Shown here piece by piece: positions 37,534 to 47,907 of a DNA stretch of 64,000 bases. The notes under the pieces were generated by a model that saw only the letters and a program-made list of their open reading frames with translations, was not told the origin of the DNA and did no database searches. The stretch's first letter is position 1; every line of letters begins with the position of its first letter. The position numbers and the translations under genes were made by a program. This stretch comes from Candidatus Desulfobia pelagia (GTDB lineage Bacteria; Desulfobacterota; Desulfobulbia; Desulfobulbales; SURF-16): contig JACNJZ010000171.1 of assembly GCA_014382295.1 (NCBI GenBank), forward strand, positions 37,027 to 101,026, given 5' to 3'.

Positions 37534-38370
37534 TTATTTACTGAAACTGACAAGAACTCTGTTGCTAGAGTCTTCTTTTGCATTCTCGGCCCCGGACAGA
37601 TAATTCAAATCAATAGAGGCTGTGGAGACATATTCCTTCTTCCTGTACAGCCAGGAAAGAACTTTACTTAACCTGCTGTATTTCCGCTTCATTTCCCCTT
37701 TCCCAAGATATATGGGAAAAGGATTATCTGCCAGATACATCGTCAACTGCCCTTCCTGACCCACATGAATTTCAGAAATATTCTGTGTAGGCAGAACAGG
37801 ATTACCGCCTCCGGCATAACTGATAAAGCTGAGGGCATCCTTCAACCACTCTTCCCCATTCTTTCCGGTTTTACTTTTCTCCCTTCCTGTAATTACCGGA
37901 AAATCCAGACTATCGGCCGGAAGCACCGGCGAAATGAAAAAACCTTTTTTATCGACGTAGGCTAAGCCTGCATCCTGATTTAGAATGGCCAACGGAACTC
38001 GCTCCCGAATCCTGATATGCAGCTCATTTGGCCATTTTCTTTTTACTGTTGCCGACTGAATCCAGTTCTGTTTTTCAAGATGCTTTCGCAACCTGGTTGT
38101 TCTCAAGGACCATAAATTTGTCTTTATATCCAGGCCGCTCCAGGAAAGAACCTGTCTCGTATCCAGACGCTGGCAGCCGGTTATATCCACTTTGTCCACT
38201 TGAAAAAAAACAGACCTGCTCAACCCCTGATATATCAGCATACAAATACCCCCGCCAACAAGGGCGACAATGAAAACCACTGATACCAGAAACAGGAATT
38301 TACCACCGAATTTCTTTTCATTTTCCTTTCTGCTGTAATCAATGATTGATTTTTTCTTCTTTACTCCCAT
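37534..38370 (-). CDS. ftsQ: Cell division protein FtsQ (POTRA-containing)
   Basis: 278 aa. A basic N-terminus, one TM helix (FLFLVSVVFIVALVGGGICMLI), then a POTRA-like VDKVDITGCQRLD. Canonical slot before ftsA. Overlaps the murB stop by 10 nt. Confidence 0.85.
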   Translation of the reverse strand: MGVKKKKSIIDYSRKENEKKFGGKFLFLVSVVFIVALVGGGICMLIYQGLSRSVFFQVDKVDITGCQRLDTRQVLSWSGLDIKTNLWSLRTTRLRKHLEKQNWIQSATVKRKWPNELHIRIRERVPLAILNQDAGLAYVDKKGFFISPVLPADSLDFPVITGREKSKTGKNGEEWLKDALSFISYAGGGNPVLPTQNISEIHVGQEGQLTMYLADNPFPIYLGKGEMKRKYSRLSKVLSWLYRKKEYVSTASIDLNYLSGAENAKEDSSNRVLVSFSK

Positions 38371-39296
38371 CCCAAAAATCGAACTTCAGGCTCCAGAAAA
38401 ACACCGGAAGTTTCCTCAACCCTCTGCTGAACAATATGCATCAACCCGATAATGTCAGCGGCTGTGGCAGATCCATTATTCACAATAAAATTTGCGTGAA
38501 CATGCGACACTTCAGCTCCTCCGACTCTTTTGCCTTTTAGACCTGCATGTTCTATAAGTTCACCGGCACTCTTGCTTCCTGCAGGATTTTGAAAAAATGA
38601 TCCGCCTGATGGTGTATTCAGCGGCTGATTCTTTTTTCTCTGCTCCAGCAATTCCTGGCATTTTCCCCTGCTGTCTGCAGCAGTGCTTTTCTTCAAACGG
38701 AACACACATTCAACAGCTACCATGGAACTCTCCTCTCCCCATGATCTATATTGAAAATCAATTTCCTTTCTTTTTTTCGTAACGATTTCACCTCGCTCAG
38801 TCATCATGTCAACTGCCGAGACAACTTCACTTATTTCCCCGCCCCAAGCTCCGGCATTCATGACGATAGCCCCGCCGACAGTGCCCGGAATCCCTGCGGC
38901 AAATTCAAGCCCTGAGAGTCCCTGATCAGCAGCCCATTTCACCAGCCCTGAAAGGCTGTGGCCTGCTTCAACTTTGACCAGAACAGAATCACCATCTTCT
39001 TTTACTATGTGGCAACGGGAAAAATTTTTCCCAAAAACAATCACAACTCCTTTGATGCCCTTGTCACTTACAACAACATTGCTTCCTCTTCCAAGAATAT
39101 GCCAGGGAATATTCATCTTTCGAAGTCCCTGAATAAGCTGGGACACCTCTTTGGTTCCCCGCGGAAAAACAAGTGCATCTGCGGCTCCGCCCACCCGAAA
39201 CGTTGTATAGGAAGATATCGAAGCATTCCACAATACTTCCCCACTCCAGAAATCGGCCATTTCATCATTAAAGAACGGCGCCCAATCAGGTCTCAT
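38361..39296 (-). CDS. murB: UDP-N-acetylenolpyruvoylglucosamine reductase
   Basis: FAD-binding TTFRVGGAADALVFP, ILGRGSNVVV, and C-terminal GGAEVSHVHANFIVN. I prefer the start at MRPDWAPFF (ATG 39296, GGGAGGGAG SD). The ORF-track start at 39503 overlaps murC. Confidence 0.9.
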   Translation of the reverse strand: MRPDWAPFFNDEMADFWSGEVLWNASISSYTTFRVGGAADALVFPRGTKEVSQLIQGLRKMNIPWHILGRGSNVVVSDKGIKGVVIVFGKNFSRCHIVKEDGDSVLVKVEAGHSLSGLVKWAADQGLSGLEFAAGIPGTVGGAIVMNAGAWGGEISEVVSAVDMMTERGEIVTKKRKEIDFQYRSWGEESSMVAVECVFRLKKSTAADSRGKCQELLEQRKKNQPLNTPSGGSFFQNPAGSKSAGELIEHAGLKGKRVGGAEVSHVHANFIVNNGSATAADIIGLMHIVQQRVEETSGVFLEPEVRFLGWE

Positions 39297-39405
39297 TTTA
39301 CTTCTCCCTCCCACAGGCATCACTATGAATGAAGTCTTTTCTTTACATTCCCTGGCTGTATTCATGAGCACCATTCCCCTGGTGGGAATTTTGTTTCCAA
39401 AGGCC

Positions 39406-40782
39406 TTATTCTGCCAAAAGGCTAAGGATTTTCTCACCCGCCTGCCAGATATCCCCAGCTCCCAGTGTGAGCACAACATCCCCTTCGCAGAGATCCGGTA
39501 CAATCTCTCCCGGCAACCGACTCACCTCGCCAATATATACTGCGTTCTTATGTCCATGATCTCTGACCCCCTTCAGAAGCTGCTCCCCTGAAACACCAGG
39601 TATTGGCTGCTCACTGGCTGCATATATGTCCGTAAGAATCAGGAGATCTGCCTCATGAAATGCTTTACAGAATTCCTTGTAAAGTGCCTGGGTTCGAGAG
39701 TACCTGTGCGGCTGAAAAGCAACAACCAGTCGCCGACGCGGCCAGGCATCTCTCAGGGCAGCAAGTGTGGCTTTAATTTCCGTTGGATGATGACCATAAT
39801 CATCAATCACAGTAATATTTTCGACCTCACCTTTCACCTGAAGACGTCGCTGCACTCCGGAAAAACTTGCCAGAGCCGAGGCAATATCCTCAAAAGGTAT
39901 CTCCAGCTCCATTGCGACAGCAATTGCGGCAAGACTGTTAAGCACGTTGTGCCTACCAGGTGAGGAAATACATACACCACCCAGCACTTCCCTGGCCGAA
40001 CAGACTTCAAAAGTGGTTTCCAGCCCATCAGTATTCAATTCACGGGCATACAGATCCGCCTGGGCTGAAAGCCCGTATGTTATAATCCGTTTCTTTATCT
40101 GCGGCAGAAGATCTGCAATATTGGGATCATCAAGACAGAGAATTGCTGCTCCGTAGAAAGGAATCTTATTGATAAATTGCAAAAAGATTGCTTTTATTTC
40201 ATCTATGTCTTTATAGAAATCCAGATGCTCGAGATCAATATTAGTGACAACTTCAACAACAGGAGAAAGCTGCAGAAAAGACCCGTCACTTTCGTCAGCT
40301 TCGGCAACCAGGAATTCCCCCTCCCCGAGCTTGGCATTTGTCCCAAGACTGTTCACTTGTCCGCCGATAACAACTGTAGGATCAAGTCCGGCCTGGGCAA
40401 GAATCCAGCCGACCAGTGATGTTGTCGATGTCTTGCCGTGACTGCCTGCTATGGCAATACCAAACTTTTTGAGGCGCATAAGCTCGGCCAGCATTTCAGC
40501 TCTTGGAATCACAGGGACATGCGCTTCTGAGGCAGCAATCACTTCAGGATTATCCTTTCTGACTGCCGAAGAAGTTACTACCACGTCAGCCCCCTCAATC
40601 CAATCGGCATTGTGCCCTTCATAAACCACTCCACCGAGCTCTTCCAGCCTCCTGGTGATATCAGTCTGACGAAGATCCGATCCGCTGACCTTGTATCCAA
40701 GGTTCAAAAGCAGCTCGGCAATTCCGCTCATTCCTATGCCGCCAATACCGACAAAATGTATCTGTTTGGTCTTTTTATACAC
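39406..40782 (-). CDS. murC: UDP-N-acetylmuramate--L-alanine ligase
   Basis: 458 aa. [18 protein letters not shown] and the Mur ligase P-loop [11 protein letters not shown]. Confidence 0.95.
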   Translation of the reverse strand: MYKKTKQIHFVGIGGIGMSGIAELLLNLGYKVSGSDLRQTDITRRLEELGGVVYEGHNADWIEGADVVVTSSAVRKDNPEVIAASEAHVPVIPRAEMLAELMRLKKFGIAIAGSHGKTSTTSLVGWILAQAGLDPTVVIGGQVNSLGTNAKLGEGEFLVAEADESDGSFLQLSPVVEVVTNIDLEHLDFYKDIDEIKAIFLQFINKIPFYGAAILCLDDPNIADLLPQIKKRIITYGLSAQADLYARELNTDGLETTFEVCSAREVLGGVCISSPGRHNVLNSLAAIAVAMELEIPFEDIASALASFSGVQRRLQVKGEVENITVIDDYGHHPTEIKATLAALRDAWPRRRLVVAFQPHRYSRTQALYKEFCKAFHEADLLILTDIYAASEQPIPGVSGEQLLKGVRDHGHKNAVYIGEVSRLPGEIVPDLCEGDVVLTLGAGDIWQAGEKILSLLAE

Positions 40783-40827
40783 AGCTGGTGTTTCAATCCA
40801 GAGTAAAGGTTTTTTTTTCTGAAAGTT

Positions 40828-41940
40828 TTACCTTCCAGGACATAAACTGGCTTTTATTTCTTGTACAATTACTTTAACGGCATCTGGCCTGGCCAGCTTC
40901 CTTGCAGCCTCAGACATCTCTTTTCTTTTTTCTTCGCTGGCGAGAAGAAGAAGGATTTCATCCGCCAGCTTTCGGGGCTCAAGATCTTTTTCAAGAAACA
41001 TCCTGGCAGCTCCCCCTGCCTCCAGATATTCCCCGTTTGTACGCTGGTGATCGTCAGCCGCATAAGGGTAGGGAATCAAAATCATCGGTTTCCCCAGCAC
41101 CGTCATCTCTGCCAGAGTTGTTGCCCCGGCCCTGGAAATAACCATATCGGCTTCTCTGTAAACCCTTGCCATGTCATCAAAGAATGCTGAAACTTCAGCA
41201 TCTAATCCAAGACTTGCATATGCTGTTTTAACCGACTGCTCATCATCTTTCCCGGTCTGATGAATCACTCTGAAAGTATCTGGAAGCCTTCTTTTCGCCC
41301 CTTTCAAGGCTTCGGCAACCATCATGTTCACCCTGTGGGCTCCGAGACTCCCACCCAGAACAAGAAGTGTTTTGCCATGACGTTTCACCTTATCCCCCTC
41401 AGGCGCAGCAGCCAGATCCAGAAGTTCTTCCCGAACCGGGTTTCCTGTCAACAGGCATTTCCCTGCTGGGAAATACTTTTCACTATTCGGGAAGGATATA
41501 AATACCCGATGAACAAATTTTCCAATAATACGATTGGCCAGGCCCGGAACCGAATTCTGCTCCTGAATACAGGTTGTGACCCCCATCAGTCTTGCCGCCA
41601 GCAATACCGGGCCGGTGACGTAGCCGCCAACTCCAAGTACAAGGTCCGGCTTAAATTTCCTGATCAGGCGTCCGGCCTCCAGGAGGCTCAGCGGCAGCTG
41701 AAAAAGGCTCTTCAATCTTAAGCTGCCGGATTTCCCCTTTAAACCCTGGCACGCAATGGAGGCCGTTTCAAAATTCCGCCCTGTCAAGACTCTCATATCA
41801 GTGTGTCGCCGGGTGCCGATAAAAAGAACGCTGCTTCCTGGAGCATTGGCAAGAAATGTTTCAGCTACAGCAATTCCAGGAAAAAGATGACCACCGGTTC
41901 CACCACCACTGACAATGAGCCTCAGCCCTTTCTGACACAT
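40828..41940 (-). CDS. murG: Undecaprenyldiphospho-muramoylpentapeptide beta-N-acetylglucosaminyltransferase
   Basis: 370 aa. N-terminal GGGTGGHLFPGIAVAE and C-terminal GATTLAEMTVLGKPMILIPYP. Confidence 0.93.
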   Translation of the reverse strand: MCQKGLRLIVSGGGTGGHLFPGIAVAETFLANAPGSSVLFIGTRRHTDMRVLTGRNFETASIACQGLKGKSGSLRLKSLFQLPLSLLEAGRLIRKFKPDLVLGVGGYVTGPVLLAARLMGVTTCIQEQNSVPGLANRIIGKFVHRVFISFPNSEKYFPAGKCLLTGNPVREELLDLAAAPEGDKVKRHGKTLLVLGGSLGAHRVNMMVAEALKGAKRRLPDTFRVIHQTGKDDEQSVKTAYASLGLDAEVSAFFDDMARVYREADMVISRAGATTLAEMTVLGKPMILIPYPYAADDHQRTNGEYLEAGGAARMFLEKDLEPRKLADEILLLLASEEKRKEMSEAARKLARPDAVKVIVQEIKASLCPGR

Positions 41941-41946
41941 AAACTC

Positions 41947-42132
41947 TTAGCTCACCCCTGCTGATGCAACCTTCTGACATCTGAACTCATAGGCCTTTGC
42001 AATCTGCACCATCGTTGCCTGATAGCAATTAGGACAAAACCCGTATGAAACATCCTGTCTTTTTGTTATTTTCTGTCTTATCCAACGATCCCCATCCTGA
42101 TTCCGTTTGCAGCGACAACATACTTTTTCCAT
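41947..42132 (-). CDS. Small zinc-ribbon protein (61 aa) in the dcw cluster at the position normally held by ftsW
   Basis: SD GAGGGG 5 nt upstream of ATG 42132. The stop is 6 nt before the murG ATG. Cys pairs C5/C6-x-C8 (CCRC) and C33-x2-C36 (SYGFCPNC). Family not recognised by name. Confidence 0.55.
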   Translation of the reverse strand: MEKVCCRCKRNQDGDRWIRQKITKRQDVSYGFCPNCYQATMVQIAKAYEFRCQKVASAGVS

Positions 42133-42213
42133 GTTCCCCTCTTTTCAGTTTGATGCTGCGTTTTCTCATTTACTTCTCTATCTTCCTCTTTCTCTCTCTT
42201 GTCTTTTCAAAAA

Positions 42214-43614
42214 CTACTTGTCTAACAGGCGCCCCACAGCCTTCTGAAAATGTTCTCCCCTGTCTACATAAGACCTGAACATATCAAAACTGGAACAAGC
42301 TGGTGACAACAGAACTGCATCACCCTTTACTGCCAATTCCGCTGCTCTTTTCACTGCAGCATCAAGATCCTGAAGCATCTCTACCTCTGTATGGGCTTCA
42401 AGTGCTTTTGCCATCTTCTCTCCGGCTTCACCGATAAGCAGCAGTTTCTTAACTTTTTCCCGAACTTTCTCGGTAAGGAGTGCATAGTCGCCCCCTTTAT
42501 CCCTTCCGCCGGCGATGAGGATGACTGGTCGCTCCATTCCAGCCAGGGCAGATTGTACGGCACCAATATTTGTAGCCTTTGAATCATCGTAATATGCCAC
42601 GTTGTTGATCTCTGCGACCAGAGTTACTCTATGGGGAGGAATTTGAAATTCCTGCAGCCCTGCCGTAACTCCCCTTTCTGAACAGCCTATCAAACGGGCG
42701 GCAAGAATAGCGGCCATACAATTATCTCTTACCGGAGACACCTTCATCTGTGCTGGAAGGACATATTGCTCCTTCCTACCCTGACGTTCCCAACAAATCT
42801 CTACGTGATCATTTTTCCATTCTGCGCCCGGCATCCCTTCCAATCCTCTGCCGAAAAAATACTTTTTCCCTTTGCCGCCCAATTTTTCAAGACGGGCCAT
42901 GATCTCTTCATCAGCGGCGTTCAGCACCATTGCATCTTCGGGCTGTTGATTCCGAAAAAGTTCAAATTTTGTATCTCCATACTCCTCATAGGAAGAATAC
43001 CGATCAAGATGATCCGGAGTAATATTGAGTAACACCCCCACCTTCGGCCGGAAAGTTCCTGCTGTTTCCAGTTGGAAGCTGCTTACTTCCAGAACTGCTG
43101 CTTCTGCATCACCATTTTCCAATATAAATTCCGTCACCGGCGTTCCGATATTGCCTCCGACAAAGACTTTTTTTGCATCAGCCTGCAACATCGCTCCAAC
43201 CATTTCAGTAACTGTTGTTTTGCCGTTGGTTCCGGTCACTGCAACAATGGGAATATCAATAAAACATGAAGCAAGACCCATTTCGCCGATAATCGGAACA
43301 TCTCTATTGCCTGCCTCAACGATTGGCGGAATATCTCGGGGTACTCCCGGGCTTACAACAATTACATCTGCATCCTGAAATGCCTTGAGAGTATGCCCTC
43401 CAAACTCAGCTTCAATCTTTTCCTTTTCAAGCCATTCTAACAATTCCGAAGATTTCTCTTCCCTTACCCCTGAATCTGATAATGAAACAGCAGCCCCCTT
43501 CCGTTTCAGAAATTGCAAGGCCGCAAAACCTGACTTTCCGCCTCCAACCACCAACACATCATATGCTGCCGGGTTTTCGATAAAATGTGAAAGCCTCTCC
43601 TCCTTCCTGTCCAT
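42214..43614 (-). CDS. murD: UDP-N-acetylmuramoylalanine--D-glutamate ligase
   Basis: 466 aa. VLVVGGGKSGFAA Rossmann-like N-terminus and P-loop VTGTNGKTT. Confidence 0.93.
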   Translation of the reverse strand: MDRKEERLSHFIENPAAYDVLVVGGGKSGFAALQFLKRKGAAVSLSDSGVREEKSSELLEWLEKEKIEAEFGGHTLKAFQDADVIVVSPGVPRDIPPIVEAGNRDVPIIGEMGLASCFIDIPIVAVTGTNGKTTVTEMVGAMLQADAKKVFVGGNIGTPVTEFILENGDAEAAVLEVSSFQLETAGTFRPKVGVLLNITPDHLDRYSSYEEYGDTKFELFRNQQPEDAMVLNAADEEIMARLEKLGGKGKKYFFGRGLEGMPGAEWKNDHVEICWERQGRKEQYVLPAQMKVSPVRDNCMAAILAARLIGCSERGVTAGLQEFQIPPHRVTLVAEINNVAYYDDSKATNIGAVQSALAGMERPVILIAGGRDKGGDYALLTEKVREKVKKLLLIGEAGEKMAKALEAHTEVEMLQDLDAAVKRAAELAVKGDAVLLSPACSSFDMFRSYVDRGEHFQKAVGRLLDK

Positions 43615-43626
43615 TTTTCAGAAGAC

Positions 43627-44706
43627 TTAACGCAATTTCAAGGTTGCAAGGGCAGTAAGCCCCAGTATAATAGAAACGATCCAGAACCTGACAACCACTT
43701 TTGGCTCCTGCCATCCCTTTTTCTCAAAATGATGATGAAATGGAGCCATGAGAAAAATTCTTTTGCCCCCGGATATTTTAAAATATCCAACCTGCAGAAT
43801 GACCGAGAGTGCTTCCATAACAAATATACCGCCGACAAGAGCCAGAAGAATCTCCTGCTTTATAATAACCGCCACTGTCCCCAATGAACCTCCTATGGCC
43901 AGGGACCCGACATCGCCCATGAACATCTGGGCCGGATATGAATTAAACCAGAGAAATCCAAGACAGGCCCCAGCCAGAGCCCCGCAGAAAACAGTCACTT
44001 CACCGGCTCCTTCAACGTAAGGAATCTGCAGATAGGCAGCAAGTCCTGCATGCCCGGCAAGATAAGAAAAAAGGAGGTAAACCCCGCTGGTAATAACCGT
44101 TGGCCCGGCTGCCAAGCCATCCAGGCCATCAGTCAGATTAACAGCATTAGATGCACCGACAATCACCAGAAACATGAAACCGACATACAGCCAGCCGAGA
44201 TCCGGCGCCACATTTTTAAAAAACGGGAATCGAAGGGTTGTATCGCTGTCAGGAAGCTGCATCAAAACTGCTCCAACAATGACAACACCAGCCAGCTGCA
44301 TCAAAATTTTTCCCCGTGCGCTTAACCCCTTACTGTTTTTCTTTTTTATTTTTCTGTAATCATCAATGGCGCCGATAAAAGCATACCAGACCGTTATTCC
44401 AAGAATGAGCCAGATATAGAGATTTGAAAGATCAGCCCACAGCAGAGTCGCTGACACAACAGCAAATATAATAAGGAGACCGCCCATTGTCGGCACTCCC
44501 TGCTTCACGAGATGTGTTTCAGGCCCATCGGTTCGGACAACCTGACCAAGCTGTTTCTCCTTTGCCAGTTGAATGAATTTCTGACCCAGGAACAGTGTAA
44601 GTAAAAAAGCCGTTACAATCGCACCTATCCCCCTGAAGGTAATATACCGAAAGACATTGAAGCCTCCGAAGATGGTATGAAGTGGGTAGAAAAGGTGGTA
44701 GAGCAT
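43627..44706 (-). CDS. mraY: Phospho-N-acetylmuramoyl-pentapeptide transferase
   Basis: 359-aa polytopic membrane protein. [13 protein letters not shown] and the [12 protein letters not shown] motifs typical of MraY. Confidence 0.96.
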   Translation of the reverse strand: MLYHLFYPLHTIFGGFNVFRYITFRGIGAIVTAFLLTLFLGQKFIQLAKEKQLGQVVRTDGPETHLVKQGVPTMGGLLIIFAVVSATLLWADLSNLYIWLILGITVWYAFIGAIDDYRKIKKKNSKGLSARGKILMQLAGVVIVGAVLMQLPDSDTTLRFPFFKNVAPDLGWLYVGFMFLVIVGASNAVNLTDGLDGLAAGPTVITSGVYLLFSYLAGHAGLAAYLQIPYVEGAGEVTVFCGALAGACLGFLWFNSYPAQMFMGDVGSLAIGGSLGTVAVIIKQEILLALVGGIFVMEALSVILQVGYFKISGGKRIFLMAPFHHHFEKKGWQEPKVVVRFWIVSIILGLTALATLKLR

Positions 44707-44786
44707 TTTATTAATTGATACTTGGTAATCGAGAATTGATAATTAAACGTATTGTTTCATATCCAGAAAATCCTTGTCTCATATCC

Positions 44787-46289
44787 TTAACTTTCCATTT
44801 CCAATTGTTTTTTAAGACCTTCGATGACTGTTTCCATTCGCATTCCCCGTGATCCCTTTACAAGAATCCAGTCTCCCTCATTCAATTCACCGAGATGCAC
44901 CATCTCTACCAGTGCATCGATAACCTCATCATTGGAGTTCACCTGCCGTGCCTGGTTAATAGTCATGCGGGCATCCAGTGCTCCTTCAACTACTTTTCTG
45001 GAGAATTCACCCACGACAAAGAGAGAATTAAAGCCTGTAATGGCTACCGTTTCTCCTAATTGCCGGTGAGCCTTCACACTGCTGTCACCCAGTTCAAGCA
45101 TGTCCCCAAGAACTGCCACCGCCTTATTACCCTTATTCATTGCCTGAACTGTTTTAAGTGCAGCACACATCGATGAAGGATTTGCATTATAACAATCATT
45201 TACTACTCTCAGTCCTGCAATTTTTTCTATCTTCAGGCGCTTATCATACGGCTCAAATTTTTCCAGTCCTTTCACAATGGTATCGAAATCAGCTCCAGCC
45301 GCATAGGACATTGCCGCTGCGGCAAGAGCATTTGTCACATTATGCTCACCAAGACTGCGGATATGTATGCGCTCCTTTTTGTGATTGATATGGAGGGTAA
45401 AAGCCATTCCAAATTCACCCTCATTACGAACATGGGTTGCCCTGACATCGGCATTTCGGTTTTTCCCAAAAGAAATCTGTTTCTGGGAGCGTTCAGCCGC
45501 CAGTTTTTTCACCCTCTTATCATCTATATTCACACAAAATCTTGCCCATGACTTCCCCCGCTCAAACAGTTCGCCTTTAGCTCTGGCAACGCCTTCAATG
45601 GAATCAAGTCCAGCAAGATGGGCATCCTGCACATTGACAATACAGGCGATATCCGGGTTAGCAATTGCTGTCATTCTGGCAATTTCACCAGGCCTATTCA
45701 TACCCATTTCAAGAATAGCGATATCATGTTTATTCTCAACAGGCAGCAGAGAAAGGGGCATCCCGATAAGATTGTTAAGGTTTCCCTCTGTTTTTAATAT
45801 GGCGAACTTCTGGGCCAGTATCACAGCACACATTTCTTTGACTGTCGTTTTACCTGAACTTCCTGTGATTGCTATAACCAGCAAGTTTCCCATCAGTCTG
45901 CGCCGATATGCGGCCAAATCGCCCAGGGCCTTCAAAGTATCGGGCACTTCCACAACAGCAACCGGCATCTTTTTTTTCGGTATGACAGAAACTACAAGCC
46001 CGGCCGCTCCTTTTTTCACAGCCTCTTCAAGAAAGTGCTGCCCGTCAAAACGATCTCCGGATAATGCGACAAAAAGATCTCCCGGTTTCAACGTCCGGGT
46101 ATCTGTTGAAATTGCCCGAAAAGCAGTTTCCGTTTCACCAGAGACAAAGCGGCCATTTGTTGCTAACAACACCTGACTCACAGTCCAGGATACTTTCTTG
46201 TCCATGCTGACACCATTATTCAAGGCAACCGCATTCTGCCTTCTCGCTGGCTGGCTGCATCCATCTTTTAATGCTGCTGCTAACTCCAT
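44787..46289 (-). CDS. murF: UDP-N-acetylmuramoyl-tripeptide--D-alanyl-D-alanine ligase
   Basis: Mur ligase P-loop ITGSSGKTTVKE. Follows murE. The start is uncertain: M1 at 46289 has a GGGAGAAAGGG SD, and M29 at 46205 gives a more typical length. Confidence 0.9.
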   Translation of the reverse strand: MELAAALKDGCSQPARRQNAVALNNGVSMDKKVSWTVSQVLLATNGRFVSGETETAFRAISTDTRTLKPGDLFVALSGDRFDGQHFLEEAVKKGAAGLVVSVIPKKKMPVAVVEVPDTLKALGDLAAYRRRLMGNLLVIAITGSSGKTTVKEMCAVILAQKFAILKTEGNLNNLIGMPLSLLPVENKHDIAILEMGMNRPGEIARMTAIANPDIACIVNVQDAHLAGLDSIEGVARAKGELFERGKSWARFCVNIDDKRVKKLAAERSQKQISFGKNRNADVRATHVRNEGEFGMAFTLHINHKKERIHIRSLGEHNVTNALAAAAMSYAAGADFDTIVKGLEKFEPYDKRLKIEKIAGLRVVNDCYNANPSSMCAALKTVQAMNKGNKAVAVLGDMLELGDSSVKAHRQLGETVAITGFNSLFVVGEFSRKVVEGALDARMTINQARQVNSNDEVIDALVEMVHLGELNEGDWILVKGSRGMRMETVIEGLKKQLEMES

Positions 46290-46312
46290 TACCCTTTCTC
46301 CCGCTCCTCTTC

Positions 46313-47896
46313 TCAGGCGGCCTGGCGATTACGCTCAAGCTGCTCTCTTGCTTCCTGCCTGTCATCAAAAAAAATCCTACCAGATCGATCAATCTGGTAG
46401 GATTCGTGACCTTTACCACAAATCAAGATGACATCTCCCGGCCTGCTCGTTTCTATGGCTCTTTGTATCGCCTTTCTTCGGGATTCGATAATGTCATACC
46501 CTTTCAATTGCGGATTCTCCCGCAGCTCTTCACTGTCAATCTTAGTAACTGAAATCCCCTGAAGACCTTTCTCAATTTCCGTTAGAATTTGCGAAGGCAA
46601 CTCACTCCTGGGATTATCAGATGTCAGCAGACACACATCTGCCAACTTACCGGCAGCTTCACCCATCAATGGACGCTTCCCTTTGTCTCGATCCCCACCG
46701 CATCCAAAAACAACAACAAGCCTTAAAGGCTGCAGATCTTTTATTGCTTGTAGGACATGACTCAAGGCCTCGGGAGTATGGGCATAATCAACAAATACAT
46801 GTATAACTCCTTCCCCATTCTCTTCTGTTCCGACTGTTATTCTCTCAAGCCGTCCAGGTACCCCCTTTAAAACTTTAAGAGCTGCAGTCATTGCGTCAGT
46901 TGTATATCCCAGGACCAGCCCGCAAGCAATGCAGCCAAGGACATTTTCCAGATTAAACGCCCCGACCAGGGGAATTTCAATCTCGAAAACAGAATCGTTT
47001 GCTGTGATTTCTGCACAAATCCCGGCAAGACTAAATGTATATTTCTCCGCCTTGACATCACCATCCTCGATACCGCAAGTGATCACCTGTAGATCTGTCT
47101 CCACTGACAGGAAATCGGCCAGCTTTCTTCCCCAGGAAACTTCATGCTGTCGTGAAGGCTTCCCTACAACAACTACAGCCTTCCCAGTCTTCTTCATATG
47201 ATCAACAAACAGTCTTTGCTTTGCTGCAAAATAATTGTCCATTGACCCATGAAAATCCAGGTGATCCCGACTCAAATTAGTGAAAAGAGCGACATCAAAC
47301 TGCATGGCATTTACTCGTCCCTGCGCAATCCCATGGGAAGACACTTCCATAACAACATGGGTTACACCACGGTCAGCCATTATCCGCAGCTGCTTTTGGA
47401 TATCAAGGGGTTCGGGGGTCGTCAGGGTGGAATCCATAGAAACATCAAGATATCTGATGTTTATTGTTCCTATAACTGCAGGAACTCCTCCCCCTGCAGC
47501 TATTAACTGCTCCAATATATATGACGATGTTGTCTTGCCATTCGTGCCGGTTATTCCGACCATAACCATTTCACTGGCAGGGTAATCATAAAATGCGGCA
47601 GCAATGTGCCCCATTGCAGCCCGGGTGTCAGAAACTTCAATCAGCGGCACGTCAAGTTCCTTGTCTGCAGAAGACTCAGCAACTACCGCTACGCAGCCCT
47701 TTCTGACTGCTTCTTGAATATATTGATGGCCATCACTGCTTTCTCCGCGAATTGCGACAAAAAGCATTCCGGAAAGAACCTGCCGGGAATCGGCCGTAAT
47801 ACCGGTCACAGAAATAGCCGAGATATCAGCTGGCACCCGGACTGGAATTTTAGCCAGTAGGTCCCTTATCTGTTTTCCGATTAATTGCTGAATCAT
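46313..47896 (-). CDS. murE: UDP-N-acetylmuramoyl-L-alanyl-D-glutamate--2,6-diaminopimelate ligase
   Basis: 527 aa. P-loop ITGTNGKTTSSY and a C-terminal DNPR motif (TSDNPRSE), typical of meso-DAP-adding MurE. Confidence 0.93.
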   Translation of the reverse strand: MIQQLIGKQIRDLLAKIPVRVPADISAISVTGITADSRQVLSGMLFVAIRGESSDGHQYIQEAVRKGCVAVVAESSADKELDVPLIEVSDTRAAMGHIAAAFYDYPASEMVMVGITGTNGKTTSSYILEQLIAAGGGVPAVIGTINIRYLDVSMDSTLTTPEPLDIQKQLRIMADRGVTHVVMEVSSHGIAQGRVNAMQFDVALFTNLSRDHLDFHGSMDNYFAAKQRLFVDHMKKTGKAVVVVGKPSRQHEVSWGRKLADFLSVETDLQVITCGIEDGDVKAEKYTFSLAGICAEITANDSVFEIEIPLVGAFNLENVLGCIACGLVLGYTTDAMTAALKVLKGVPGRLERITVGTEENGEGVIHVFVDYAHTPEALSHVLQAIKDLQPLRLVVVFGCGGDRDKGKRPLMGEAAGKLADVCLLTSDNPRSELPSQILTEIEKGLQGISVTKIDSEELRENPQLKGYDIIESRRKAIQRAIETSRPGDVILICGKGHESYQIDRSGRIFFDDRQEAREQLERNRQAA

Positions 47897-47907
47897 AGTG
47901 GAGGTCT

